This document shows, one piece after another, positions 38,121-50,200 of a stretch of 64,000 nucleotides of DNA. Both the position numbers and the translations under genes were made by a program. Source of the DNA: Gekko japonicus (Eukaryota); NCBI RefSeq assembly GCF_001447785.1, contig NW_015162474.1:1304417-1368416 (forward strand), given 5' to 3'. The number at the start of each line of letters is the position of its first letter. The stretch's first letter is position 1. The notes under the pieces are model-generated. The model saw only the letters and a program-made list of their open reading frames with translations. It was not told where the DNA came from and did not search any database.

Positions 38121-38143
38121 TTTGGCAATGGTAATACCCAACT
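38121..38143 (-). promoter_or_regulatory. Extensively complementary miR-182-5p target site
   Basis: + strand TTTGGCAATGGTAATACCCAACT vs miR-182 UUUGGCAAUGGUAGAACUCACACU. Confidence 0.8.
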
Positions 38144-41100
38144 CTTCAGACTTTTTTTTTATAAAATAAACTCTAAAAAGCTACCTTTATACAAAGTTGC
38201 TATATTGATGCCTTTATGTAGGAAAACATTTTTATAATGCAAAATTAGGACATACAACAACTTTACAGTATTTTACAATGTAATGACAAAGTAACAAACA
38301 AATACAGTTTTGGCTTTTATAGAAATGTATATTTATGCATTTCATAAATGCATTTGTGGCACACTGGTGATTACTTGACTACTATTGTCCATTTTCATGC
38401 TAAGACTTGAGATCAGTTGTACCGTAACTTCAGAACCATAGTGTGGTTAAAGTGGCAAACAATGCTTCAGATGACATGGTTGTAAGTGATGCTACAATGG
38501 AATGAAATGTTATGCTTAAAAATTTCTTTAAGAAAAGAAAGGCACCATACTTGCTGGTTGGGACACACTATATCACGTTATATGTTACAAACATTATTTC
38601 CTTTTGCAAAATGGAAGCATTTCCTATACATTCAGTAGCAATCAATGTCTTATAACCAAGACAACTGCCTGCATTCAAGGTTTGGCAAATATCAGGGAAA
38701 ATACAGAATTAGTACCATAGATATGTATTATACATATATATATATATGCATTAGAAATTAACAGGGAGTTAAGGTTGTTGACACCTATTATTAGAACAAA
38801 AGCAAAGTATACAAAAATTCCTGAGTGAAGGGTCCTCTCCATTTTTAAAATGTGTTTAAGAGAAAATGCCTTAAAAATCAATGCACTAAGTAAAATTCAG
38901 TAATCTCTTTCTGCCCATTAACAGAATTAAAATCATCATTTGTGAATTCTGCTAACCACATCATCTTGTGACACAGACATTTCATATTTTCTGCTAACAA
39001 AACATACAGTCCATGCACTGGAAGACTTTAACTTTGTGCCTTAGAGAGGGAGTTCAGATGCAAGTGAATGACTCAGGTAAGCACTACTAGTAAGCACTAC
39101 TTTATTTAAATAATCCCCTTCTTCACAAGTGCAAAGGAAAATGGTAGTACCAGTCCTGGTTTGTGGCTAATCTTACAACATTAAAGGAGTCATCAGGCTG
39201 TCCTAATATTGCTCAAGGCTCATTCTAAAGCCTTGAGACACTTCAAGCAGACCAACAAGGATATATTTATGCTTTAATCAGAATGCTATCTAGACCTCTC
39301 ATAAACTGTAGGTCTGGCCCTACATCACAAACTCTTCTGTGGTAGGTTTCAAAACTGCTGATCAGGGAAAGATGCCTTTTTGTGACAGGTCCTTTATGAA
39401 CATATACGGTAAGTCTACTCTCTGCCTAGAAATCTAACCATCCAACTGCTAATGACAGTCATATGTTCATATTTATATGGAAAAAGGTACAATGCAATGG
39501 ATATAACAGAAAATATGTACTTGATGAAATATATAATTTACCAACATGAAAACAGTATAAGTACTTTAAATGCCCTTTGCAAATATACTGTTAAAAGTAA
39601 ACACACATTGTTTGAACTATAAAGGCAATCCTGTATTAAATTTAAATCTACTTCCACACAAAATATTGTGTTAATATGTATTAAACAGCATATTAGGATA
39701 GCAGCCTAATAACACATTTGACAAGACATCTTGTACATAGCTCAAGAGACATAACTATGAAGACCTTTTAATATTTGTGGCAAGAGCCATTCTGCACATT
39801 GGACTGGCTCAGTTAATGCTGACCTGTACTATCAGAAAGAAGAGATGCAGGACTGAAAAAATAATGTAAAATCAAGTTATAACTTGCTTGTACATATACC
39901 ATGAAACAGATATCAGGAACCTTAACTCCATATTAACATAATTATTTTCTGTACGGATTTCCTTACGGATTTCTTGGGCCCTGTGGGATATAAAGCACAC
40001 CATTTGCAAGGGAGAACAGAATGCCTGCACCATTAATAGGTTTAAGGGGAAAGACTGACAGATGAGAAAAGCTGAACCTAAAATCCCCATTTCTATGCAG
40101 TTATTGAAGTTACAGAAGCTCTCTCCTTTTGTATTCAAGAATGCTAGCATGATGAAAGAATGAACAATATTAGAGCTTAAGTACAGTCTCTGATTCTTCT
40201 GTTACTATAGAAATACTGTGAGATATCACTATGCTACTATTCACAAAGAAAGTAAGAATATAGAACTGAAGTTACTAATGATTTATGAAGAAACAATTAA
40301 ATTTTATTGCTTAACTCTAGTGATGGAAAAGAACAATATTACAGGATTAAAGTGTTTGTCTAGCCAATATTGCTAATTCAAAGTATGTCACCATAATTCT
40401 GGGCTTCATAATTTGGTTTTAAAAGAAAGCCTTGTGTTTTACATTTAAAGGGATGGGTATCTGCTTCAGTCTTTCCTGAATAAACAGAATGAAAGTCTAA
40501 AACCCTATCAGAAACTGACCACAACTGACCACTGTAGAATGAGATCCCATACAATACTGCTTAGGTCTAGTCTATTACCAGTTTGTACGTATAGTTAGAA
40601 GAACAATCCATAGTACAGTAGAAGCAACAGTACCAGTGACAAATTGAAGTTCAAGCTACTCACAACCATACCGTCAGCATGATAAACTGCATGCAGCCTG
40701 AACTCTTTAGGCTTTATCTGCACCAAGCCTTTTTGAAAAAAACATTTCATTTTACCTTCCTTTCCTGGCCCAGAAATAATTTTTGACAAGTTTCCTGTAT
40801 GTGTGTTCTTGCCCACTCTTGGAATTTAAGCCCTTTAAGTTGTACATTTTCTACCTTTGGCACAATGTTTAAGAGTCCTGCAAGTCTAATGGGGGGGGGG
40901 AATATGGGGAAGGGGGGGAGTAACATACACATGACAACTTTGAACTTGGAATATCGATGATTTATGGGATTATGAAATAGAAGCTGAAAGCCTGACTGTT
41001 TGCAGCTAAGATGCGTAAGGTGTATAAGCGAATGGTAATAGTGCAAATTCCTTGCAAATAAGCAAAAGGAAACATAGAGAGACAGTGAATCAGGAGAGGT

Positions 41101-41316
41101 GGCTATGAACAGAGACAACATAAAATACTCAATCCACAATCCAATGTTGAAAAAACACTTGCACCTTTTCAAATGCATGATTTTGTGCAAGAAAACCATG
41201 CTGCTTTCTCTGCACAAGTAGCAGTGGCACATTGTGGTGGTGGTGGGGAATTACTGAAGCAGTCACAACTTTTGCATTAGGTTGTTCCAAGGCAATCTGC
41301 CCTCCAGTGATAATAC

Positions 41317-41505
41317 TAGGGTTGCCCATTCCTGGTGGGGAAATTCCTAGTGATTTGGGGTGGAGCTTGGGGAGGGCAGAGTATAACAGCATGGAGTCCA
41401 GCCTCCAAAGCAGCCGTCTTCTTCAGGGGAACTGATCTCTGTAGTCTAGAGGTAAGTTTTAATTCCAGGAGCTCTCCAGGCCCTACCCAGAGGTTGGCAG
41501 GTCTA
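41317..41505. mobile_element. hAT MITE (TAGGGTTGCC family)
   Basis: Homologous to 2312-2558; TSD gataatac (41309-41316) / gatactac (41506-41513). Confidence 0.8.
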
Positions 41506-41937
41506 GATACTACCCCAATTTAGCTTCTGTATTTGATGAAACAATTTCTGCATTGCCTTCAGCAAAAAAAAAGATGTGACAATTTCTGCATTGCCTTCAG
41601 CAGGAATAAATCAACACAGTTTCACTGTAGAATTATAACAGCAAGCATTATCATCTTCACTCACATTTTGGTAGGATGTTATTTAATTGAACTGGATGAG
41701 GTTATTGATGTCAAGGTACCCCCTGCCTAGGTGATGGGTTGTAAGGGCTGTGTTTCATCCAATAGAGAATCTGGTAACCTGATAATCAGTGCCGGCTCAT
41801 TTTTCCTTTTTAAGTGGCACAAGTTTAGAAATATATCAGCACCTGATAAATCTCTGAAGCAAAGATGGGGATCTGTAGGATGTCCTCTAATCAAAGAACA
41901 GGATTCCAGTAGCCAGCACAGTTAATTTTATTTTTTG

Positions 41938-42275
41938 GAGGGGCTATGGCTCAGTGGTACAGCATCTGCTTGGAATGCAGAAGGTCCCAGGATCAATCTC
42001 TGTCATCTCCAGTTAAGAGGACCAGGCAATAGGTGATGTGAAAGAACTTCTACCTGAGGCCCTGGAGAGCTACTGACAGTCTGAGTAGAAGAAGTGAGTA
42101 GTGACTCACAAAAGCTCATACCCTACCACAAATTTTGTTTAAGGTGCTACTGGGAACGTACTCTTTTCTACTGCTACAGACTGACTAACACGGCTACCCA
42201 TCTTGATCTGAGTAGACAATAGTAACTGTGATGAACCAATGGTCTGATTCAGTATAAGGCAGCTTCATGTGTGTT
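41938..42275 (+). mobile_element. Squam3-type SINE with nested Penelope pLTR fragment (42090-42206)
   Basis: GGCTCAGTGGTACAGCATCTGCTT head, GGCAGCTTCATGTGTG tail; insert flanked by 10-bp direct repeat tctgagtaga (42080-42089, 42207-42216). Confidence 0.85.
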
Positions 42276-43687
42276 TACTTCGGCTCTCCACTATTTGCCT
42301 CAATTCCAGTTTTCTTTGGGAGAACATAGAAAGATCAATATACAGATATGTTTGCAAGGCATAATATGATTTGGGCTGACATATAACACAGCCCTGAGGA
42401 GGAATGTTTGATTTTATAGAGATGGTTTCCAGAGTAGCACAGCACATCCCTGTTATTAAGGCTGGTGAGGTTTTATTCTTGTGAATGTAATAAACTGTCA
42501 TATGCAATTTAAAAAATAATAATAACAAAATTATATCATAAGACCTCAAATCAGTTAATATTAGCACACATATTTTTAGCTTTTAATAATAATGAATCAC
42601 TGACCATTAATGTTATAACAGAAAGGCACCAGAGAAACTGCATGCATTCTTTCAGGGTATCACATGGATGAATAGTATTGCCACTTTTTCACAGGATTCT
42701 GTGAGGATGAATTTCTTCCTCATGCTGGTTATTTCCCCCCAAAGTATTTGGTGCTTTCCTGCTAAGCACATCTGCAAGTCCAATGCAAATATTAATACTG
42801 ATGACAAAGTAAAAGGAGCCCCAGATCTGCAGATGATGAACCTCTTGCCAAAACTTTGATGAGTCTCCAATAAAGTGCAGATCTTATGATTTCATAGCAG
42901 CTAATTAGACAAACCATCTGATTCTACTGAAAAGACAGCAAAGAAGCTCTGAAATCATCTTTAGCTGATTAAAAAAAATCAGAGAGGAAAGAACTATCCT
43001 AATTTCTTTCCAACATACATGCAAACAGGTGATGTTGAGGTTCATAAGAAGCAAAGACAAGTTAAGGCATTTCTTGGGGAAACTGATGAAACAAAGGATT
43101 TGCATACAGAAATAAAATGGTAGCCACGTCCTTCTACCTAACTCACTCTGGTGTACACTTGCAATATCCATTACTTAAGCAAGATCCTGGCCTTGAACAG
43201 GAGGAAGTATAGGCAGTCAGGGCACAATTTACTACAGTACAGGCAAAGAGACTTTTGTAGACACATTTTATTTGCTGCTGGTTTGAGTGTCGGCAGTCTC
43301 TTTCTCGGCCAAAACCAGAGCTTTTTTAAATACCCAAACTTTTCCCACAGATGGATTAAAAAGATAGGGTTTTAATGTTCTCTCAATATTTGGCAATGGA
43401 CGATTCCTTTTATTTTTTCCTACTTGCAAAAGATTATAGCTAGCAGTACATCTGAACACGTTCCATATAATATGATCAGGAAGCTAGTTCAGGCACTATA
43501 TAGCTTTTAAAACTATTATGGAAATGAAAGCCAGAAGTTTACAACTGAATAGAAAAGCAGCTTTTCCAGGAGGCTCTCCATTTTTTCTTTTTTTTTGCTC
43601 AACTGTCACAGGAAGACAGTTAGCTTTTAAAAAATGGGGGGTAGGTGGGGGATCTATTGCACACAATTTTACTCAATACTCCAGGAT

Positions 43688-43904
43688 GTGTGTGTGTGTA
43701 TGTGGACGCTGTCAACCTGCAGCCAACTTATGGCAACCTCTGAAGGGTTTTTAAGAGAAGAGACATTCAGAGGTGGTTTGCCACTGCCTGCCTCTGCGTA
43801 GCACCCCTGGACTTCCTTGGCAGTCTCCCATGCAAACACTAACCAAGGTTGACAGTGCTTTTAGCTTCTGTGATCAAGCTAGCCTGGGCCATCCAAGTCA
43901 GGGT
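43688..43904 (-). mobile_element. 5S rRNA-derived SINE with RTE-like tail
   Basis: gtctcccatgcaaacactaaccaagg..tgcttttagcttctgtgatc is degenerate reverse-complement 5S rRNA; (CA)n tail on minus. Confidence 0.65.
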
Positions 43905-46262
43905 CACAAGCAGTTTGCAATACCTCTTACTTCCTCTAGAATTGAAGGTTCAGGTTGCCTGTGTTGCATGGAGTCTTGTGCTGCACCAGCAGCCCTACAT
44001 GCTTTTCTAGCATAAAACTGAGGCATTTTTGAACAGAGCACCAAGGAAGATAAGCAGATGGTAGATGTATTGGGAATATTCAGCAGTAGTAAAGTATAAT
44101 CCATTCACAAAAATATTGCTTTCAGGGATCTTATGTACTGTTAGCAGCTACTCAGGTCTCAAGGCTTGCTGTGCCAGCAAGCCTGATGCTTAAGATGGAA
44201 TATACTGCTAGCAGCCCAACATTACAAAGGAGGACATTGTGGCAACATTGCAAGGGATTTTACTGGCATCCTGCACAGATGTGCCAATGTAGATGGAAGC
44301 AGAACAGGATCTCTGTCTCACAAAACCCAACAGCACTATTATTTATAGAATATGCATTAGTACACCACATGATGGATTCAAATCCAGCCTTCAGACTATG
44401 ACACTGACCTATGATTGTTTGCCTCTGGAAGAAACCAAGGCATGAAAGCTCATACCAGTTATTTTCTAAGGTGCCACAGCACTTCTTAACCTTAACTACT
44501 GATAATTAATGTTTCCTTGTGCAGGCAATAAAAAGGTCTTTCTGTTACTGACAATATTACCAACAGGTCTTCAAAAAGCTTTTCTATGGCAATATGGAAC
44601 TTGAACAAGATGAAATGCATAAAATATTTTGAAGATTATATACAAAATTAATAGTTGCAATTTAAACACTGTACAGACACACAGATGAAAAGGGAGGAAA
44701 GTAAAAGTAAAATAAAATTTAAAGGATCTTATTATAGATACAACGTAACTCTGAACTACATCAGAAATGTCTTCTTAATATCTGTACAACTGTACAGAAA
44801 AACATGAAGCTGCCACTTGAAAATCTGTAGTGGGTCTAACACAAGGCTGATTGCAGATTCTGATGAAAGGGAATACTGTTGTGATGTCTCCCATGTCAAC
44901 AGTGACAAGTTCTTTTCTCAAGATGGCCAAAAAAGTCTAACAGAAGCACATGGGCTGGGGCAAGGGACTGCTTATTTTTTCTTCCAGTTGCAAGGAATTT
45001 TATTCTGATTACATTTATATCCTACCTTTCTTCCATCATGGAACTCAAGGCTGTGTACAAAGGATTCCAAAGATTTCCCACCCATGCACTGATCAGACTC
45101 TTAGTATCAAGCAAGGTGATAGCATCATGCGTACTATCTCTTGGGCTGCTCTGGGAGATTACCCTGATCTTCAGGAGTAACTTCGAGTGGCAGAAAGGGG
45201 TGGGAAACAGAGAACACCCATTGCACATGCAGAACATTGCACGTGGGCCTTTGGATTCTGGCTAAGGAACTTCTAGCCCTTCAGCACAGTACAAACTGTT
45301 TTGTGCCAGCCATACCAACTTGCCAAAAAGTACAATTTATCCAGATGTATCCCATTTTCCTCTAAATGGAATACTTGCTACACATTAATCACTGTTAATT
45401 TCAACCTCAAAGAGAAAAAGAAACAAAACTGCAGCATAGACTATTTCTGAAATGCAAACTACAACACAACTTGTTCCTCAAATACTAGTTGCTGCATTTA
45501 TTGTTGGCGGCTTTAAAGTGCATCTGGTCATTAATTCATGAAGTGTTTAAAACTGCACTAAATGATCTTTGTATGCTTAAAATGTTGCTGATTTAATCAG
45601 TTTTTCTCAAGCCACTCACTCTAAGCAGTGGCATCATATATACTATTAAATGTTTACTTACTACTTGGATTTATAAAGAGTTGCACTCTTCAGTACTGTG
45701 ACAAGCTATATGGAGGGCTTTAGAGAATGACAGTTGCTGCCAGTTCTTTTTTATCAACTACGTTCTGGTTTCTGCCAGAGTAATTCAGTCCAAGTTTTCT
45801 GGATAGAGGAATTTGTACCCTTTTTTGAGTCAATTAAAACAGACCAGAGAATCTCTCATTTATGCCACATGATGTTCAACTGGAACATTTGCGTCTATGG
45901 ACATATGCTATGAAAGAATATACTGATCTGCTAAGAACGCAAGTTTCAGGAGGCATAAAAAGTCATGCCTTTAAGGGGCTTCAGGCACATGGCCAGTTTG
46001 TCAAAATTGGCATGTTACTCCAACTTTCAGTCAATAAAACAGGTACTGTCCAAAAGCTGTTACTACAAATGTAAAATGAAGCAGTGTTATTTAATACTCT
46101 ACCTTAAATTCCCTTTCATTAAACAAGCACATGAAATATTCAGAAAAAAGTCTACTGAATCTATGAAAGGTGATTTTTAAAAATCAAAATGGAGCACTCA
46201 TTCATTTCTAAAAAAAAAAAACTTCATAAAGGTGCAAACAATTTAACTAATGCATTCCAGGC

Positions 46263-47252
46263 TCACATAGGCAAGTCAGTACTGTTATGTCTAGTTTTTC
46301 GAGAAGTACCGTCGTCTCGTGGCAGTGCTTTCTGCAAGCTTGACATAGCAGCTGTTCTTTCAATGTCTATCACGGCATACAGCTCTGTGCGCCTAGTTGG
46401 AGTCTGTGGAAGAGGAGTGGTAGGAGTTTTGGGGGTCTGAGGGTTATCAGAGTCACTGCCACCTTCCAGATCAACCTGTATATAGTTGAGCTGCCTGTGT
46501 TCTGAATTCGGTCGCCTAATATCAAAGTTAAAGACCGTAGGGGTACAGTCTCGCCGTCGTGCATATTCTACTTTGTGAGCACTTAATGGCACTGTTACAT
46601 TCTCTGTATTGACATAATTATGCATGGGATCTAAGTTATTGTGGTAGCCATTCAGAGAAGGGGTCTTTGGTCCTAAACTGTCATCATCCTCTTTACTTAG
46701 CTTATGGGCTTCCCAAACTGGCGGCAAAGATGGCAAATTTTCATAATTCAGTAATGCAGTTCTCCTTTGAGCTGAATTGTTGATATTCTGTGTATCGGAG
46801 GTACTGGATGATATCAGACGACCTCTCCTGAGCCCTGGAGCACTAGGTATAGACAATCTATTTACATTTTCATATGCTAGTTTATTACCAGAAGAGGCTT
46901 CTTTGCGTTCATCACTGTCATATCCAGTGTCCCATTCACTGTTACTACTCCCACTAGCTTGAGTGCTGCTCGCACTAGTTTCAGTACTGTTTCCAATAGC
47001 GTGAGTACTGTTCCCACTTGTTTCCAGTTTCTCTTTTTCCATTAATTGCCTCTGGACAGGTGTTGGGCCCAAAATAAATTTGACTCCTTCAGGTTCCAGT
47101 ACAACCTGGGCATCTCTGTCCTCAGAACAATTTTCTTCTTCTTTCGCCTTGCTTGATTCTGCATTAGAAACCCTTCGTTCCAGAGGCGTACGCACACCCA
47201 GCCTGTTTTTTCTTTCCTCCTGTACACCAGTTGTATTCACATACGTATGCAC
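46263..47252 (-). CDS. FRS2: FRS2 last coding exon
   Basis: VHTYVNTTG...RKTRHNSTDLPM*; tttacag acceptor. Confidence 0.97.
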   Translation of the reverse strand: MHTYVNTTGVQEERKNRLGVRTPLERRVSNAESSKAKEEENCSEDRDAQVVLEPEGVKFILGPTPVQRQLMEKEKLETSGNSTHAIGNSTETSASSTQASGSSNSEWDTGYDSDERKEASSGNKLAYENVNRLSIPSAPGLRRGRLISSSTSDTQNINNSAQRRTALLNYENLPSLPPVWEAHKLSKEDDDSLGPKTPSLNGYHNNLDPMHNYVNTENVTVPLSAHKVEYARRRDCTPTVFNFDIRRPNSEHRQLNYIQVDLEGGSDSDNPQTPKTPTTPLPQTPTRRTELYAVIDIERTAAMSSLQKALPRDDGTSRKTRHNSTDLPM

Positions 47253-50200
47253 CTGTAAAGGACAAATTAAAGTGTCAGCTGCAATATCACACAGCTCCAT
47301 ATGATTTGCCTTACTCCCTTTACAGCTCATGGCCAATGACTACATAGTATTGTTGTTCCTAAAACAGTACATAGTGACATGTACATATGCTTGTGCAAGA
47401 AACTATTTTCTCAACACTTCCACCACAGAATATAAGAGTAATAAAACCTCAGTACAAATATATGTCATGGTAACACTGGACATGTACATAAGAATTAGAT
47501 TAAAATGGGAATACAATTAAATTAAAAATCAACATTCCTTACCTGCTCCTCTGCTACAAGCAAAGGATGTGTTGACTCTTCACCTACTGAAGGAAGACGT
47601 GCACTTCCTACAGAGGGGTGTCTGCTGGAGGGATGGGATGAAGCATCTCCATAGGAGGGATATCTTGGATACCCATTTGGTAAACTCTGACCACTCAACC
47701 CAGGTGCTGATTGGAGAGAAAACCCAGTTATTCTATTGATATGAAATGCTGTTTTTCTTCAGAAAATGTTTCATGAAAACGTATATATTAAACATTAAGT
47801 CATTCTGAAACAGACTTGAAAATGCAAGGATTTCCTGATCACCACTATCAATCCTGTCTTTTTAGGAATATATTATAACATTTAAATTCACTGGTATTTC
47901 ATACTCAGTTGCAATTATTAAGTAATGTGAAATACAAATCCAGACATCTTTAAGAATGACAGGTGTGTTATTTTTGAAAATGCAATACTAGCAAAAAAAG
48001 AGTTTGGGCTTGTGCACATGAAACATTTTCAGCTCTTTTAATGGACTGAGAGCAGCTCTGTGGGATCAGATGCTCCCAACCCTAGATTGTCTCATCCAGT
48101 GCAAACTGCCTTATACCCCACCGACCTTCATCCCCATTAGGAAAGCACTTTGATGACAGTTAACAGTAACTAGGGTAAACTGTTACAATGTTGACACTAA
48201 CGACAAACTCTGCTTTCAAATCCTGGTTAGAACTGATCATAGTTAAGAACAATGCCAGTAGGATGATAATAGCTAGGAAATTCATGCCAGAGAAGTGAGG
48301 TCACATTTAATTTTTGGCCACTCCTCAGCTCTTTCTGTACTCACAACTTACTGCAGCGTGTCCAAGCACTCAAGCCTATAAACTTGACTTCAGACTTCTG
48401 TGTCTGCTACCTGCACCAGTCTTACTTCATCTGGTGTATTTATTCTGTAGCTACAAACCACCACCCCACCTGCACTTTTCTAAATCTGAGTGGAATGTCA
48501 CTTGTGATGTGTGGTGGGCAGTGTCCAATTAAAAAATGTTTTTACACAAATTGCCCCATCACAGCTGTGCAGTAGTGTCCAGCAAGCACCTTCAATTTCA
48601 ATCCTCATAGTTCATGGTTTGCACATGCCTTTTAGTGTTAGCACCCTGAATGATAGGGAACAAAAAGAAACACAGGGAAAGGGGGGGAACCCACTGTTGA
48701 AACTGACCAGACTTGTCCTGAAATTGACAAGGAGCTGAGAAGCCCTGTTTTCCATATTGTTGAGCACTAAGGGAGAGGGCAGCTCTACTGCCTATGTGTG
48801 TGTGTTGAGTGTCTTCAAAAGTGCTGCTTGAATGTCGATAACTTTTGAATGGCAGCAAACAGCCCCTCTTTGTAAACACATAGCTAGCTTCTCCCCTTTT
48901 GGTCTCCCACCTCCTTCTCCTTTCTAAGCAGCCTGCCTGTTCTCCCCCTCACTCTTCCCTGATCTGAGAAGCAGAGGCACAGAAGCTAAGCTAAAGATTT
49001 CTCCTTTAAGGTTCAGAGGATGGGTTTGTCCTGGCTTATGATGAGTGCTTGTGGGAGGGCCAATTCTTTCCCCTTTCCCCAGGACAGCAGGAGAAGGCAG
49101 CTCTGAACTGACGGGCTCCCTGCAGGCACAGCCATGTCAATGGCTCCCTGCATGTTCAGCTGTGCACTGCCTTCTCCCTGCTGGTTGGCTTAAACTTGGC
49201 AGGCTCCTTGGTGGGCTCTGTTGAGCTGGGGCCTGCCCAGCAGAGCCCCAGCCAATCCTGCAGGGAAAACTCTTCACATACACATAAACCACCAACTCAG
49301 CCTTTCCCTATAATTATTTTAACCCAGAGAAGCCAGTTTAGCAAAAAACTGATTTCGCTAAACTCATTCTGCTTGTAAAAAAAACCCCTTTACATGAGGG
49401 AAAAAGTAAGCACTGATGAAGGGGATAAGATGGCAGAAGGTGCAGAATGGGCAGAATGACCTCAGTGTTGGCAGGGGGAAAGGGGCGGAGAAATCCGGGA
49501 GAAACTGTATGCTTTTGAATTACTGTCAGCTTGGAAGAGAAGCAAGGGGGAAAATTGTCACAAAACCACTTTCAGAAAAGCCAGAGAAACAGCTAACAGA
49601 AAGCAAACTGAGAGATGAAGGGACAAAAATCAATGCAGAGCTAAAAAAAAATCCTGATGGACATGCAAGGTGAAAATGGAACGAAATGCAGAACAAAAAG
49701 ATACCGCAATGGAGAGGCGCTGTGAAAGTGAGGGAAACTACCAGCCTTATTTCGCAACTATGGTGAAGGAACTGGGAGTGTTACATGTAAGTTAGTCCTT
49801 TGATTACAGTCCTTTCTGTACAATCTCTAAGAATTTGGATCTTACAGGTAGCCCATATGAGATTTCAAATTATTCGTCCCAGAAGAACATTTTTTTCAAG
49901 CAGATGTCATATGACTAATAATAATGCCTTAAACCATTTCAGTAATGCTGAAAGATTTTGCAGTTTTTCTTAAAATCTGGGAGGGGAGGAACAAGTGGGG
50001 GTCAGGGCCTCTCATTTTTATTTCTTCTTTTCATCTGTCTGGGACTTCATACCTCTAACCTCTCTCTTAAATCAGTAAATATGAGTCTTCACCACACGTG
50101 AACATTCACAAGGAATATTAATGCTGAAAACTGATGAGGTAACATCTTGTTGTGACTCTAGAATGCCAAAAGTAAACCTGGTAACCTGAGATTAAGTTCA

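Larger units (their letters stand above)
37840..46262 (-). other. FRS2: Probable long FRS2 3'UTR
   Basis: AT-rich, TE-poor sequence after the stop codon; AATAAA at 37861-37866 (minus); many miRNA seed matches. The 3' end is inferred. Confidence 0.6.

Noticed and set aside
43688-43904. 5S rRNA gene here, or tRNA genes at the SINE heads
   Set aside because: Heavily degenerate and fused to LINE-derived tails, so SINEs
47253-47336. N-terminal extension of the 357-aa ORF (MAMSCKG...)
   Set aside because: Intronic read-through upstream of the tttacag acceptor; the same applies to the flanks of ORFs 25096-25449, 22376-22567 and 57304-57570
48000-49790. GC-richer block in an FRS2 intron, possibly a DNA transposon
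   Set aside because: Could not define TIRs, TSD or coding motifs
50131-50170. CTGATGAG as an intact hammerhead core
   Set aside because: No stem II or GAAA box downstream
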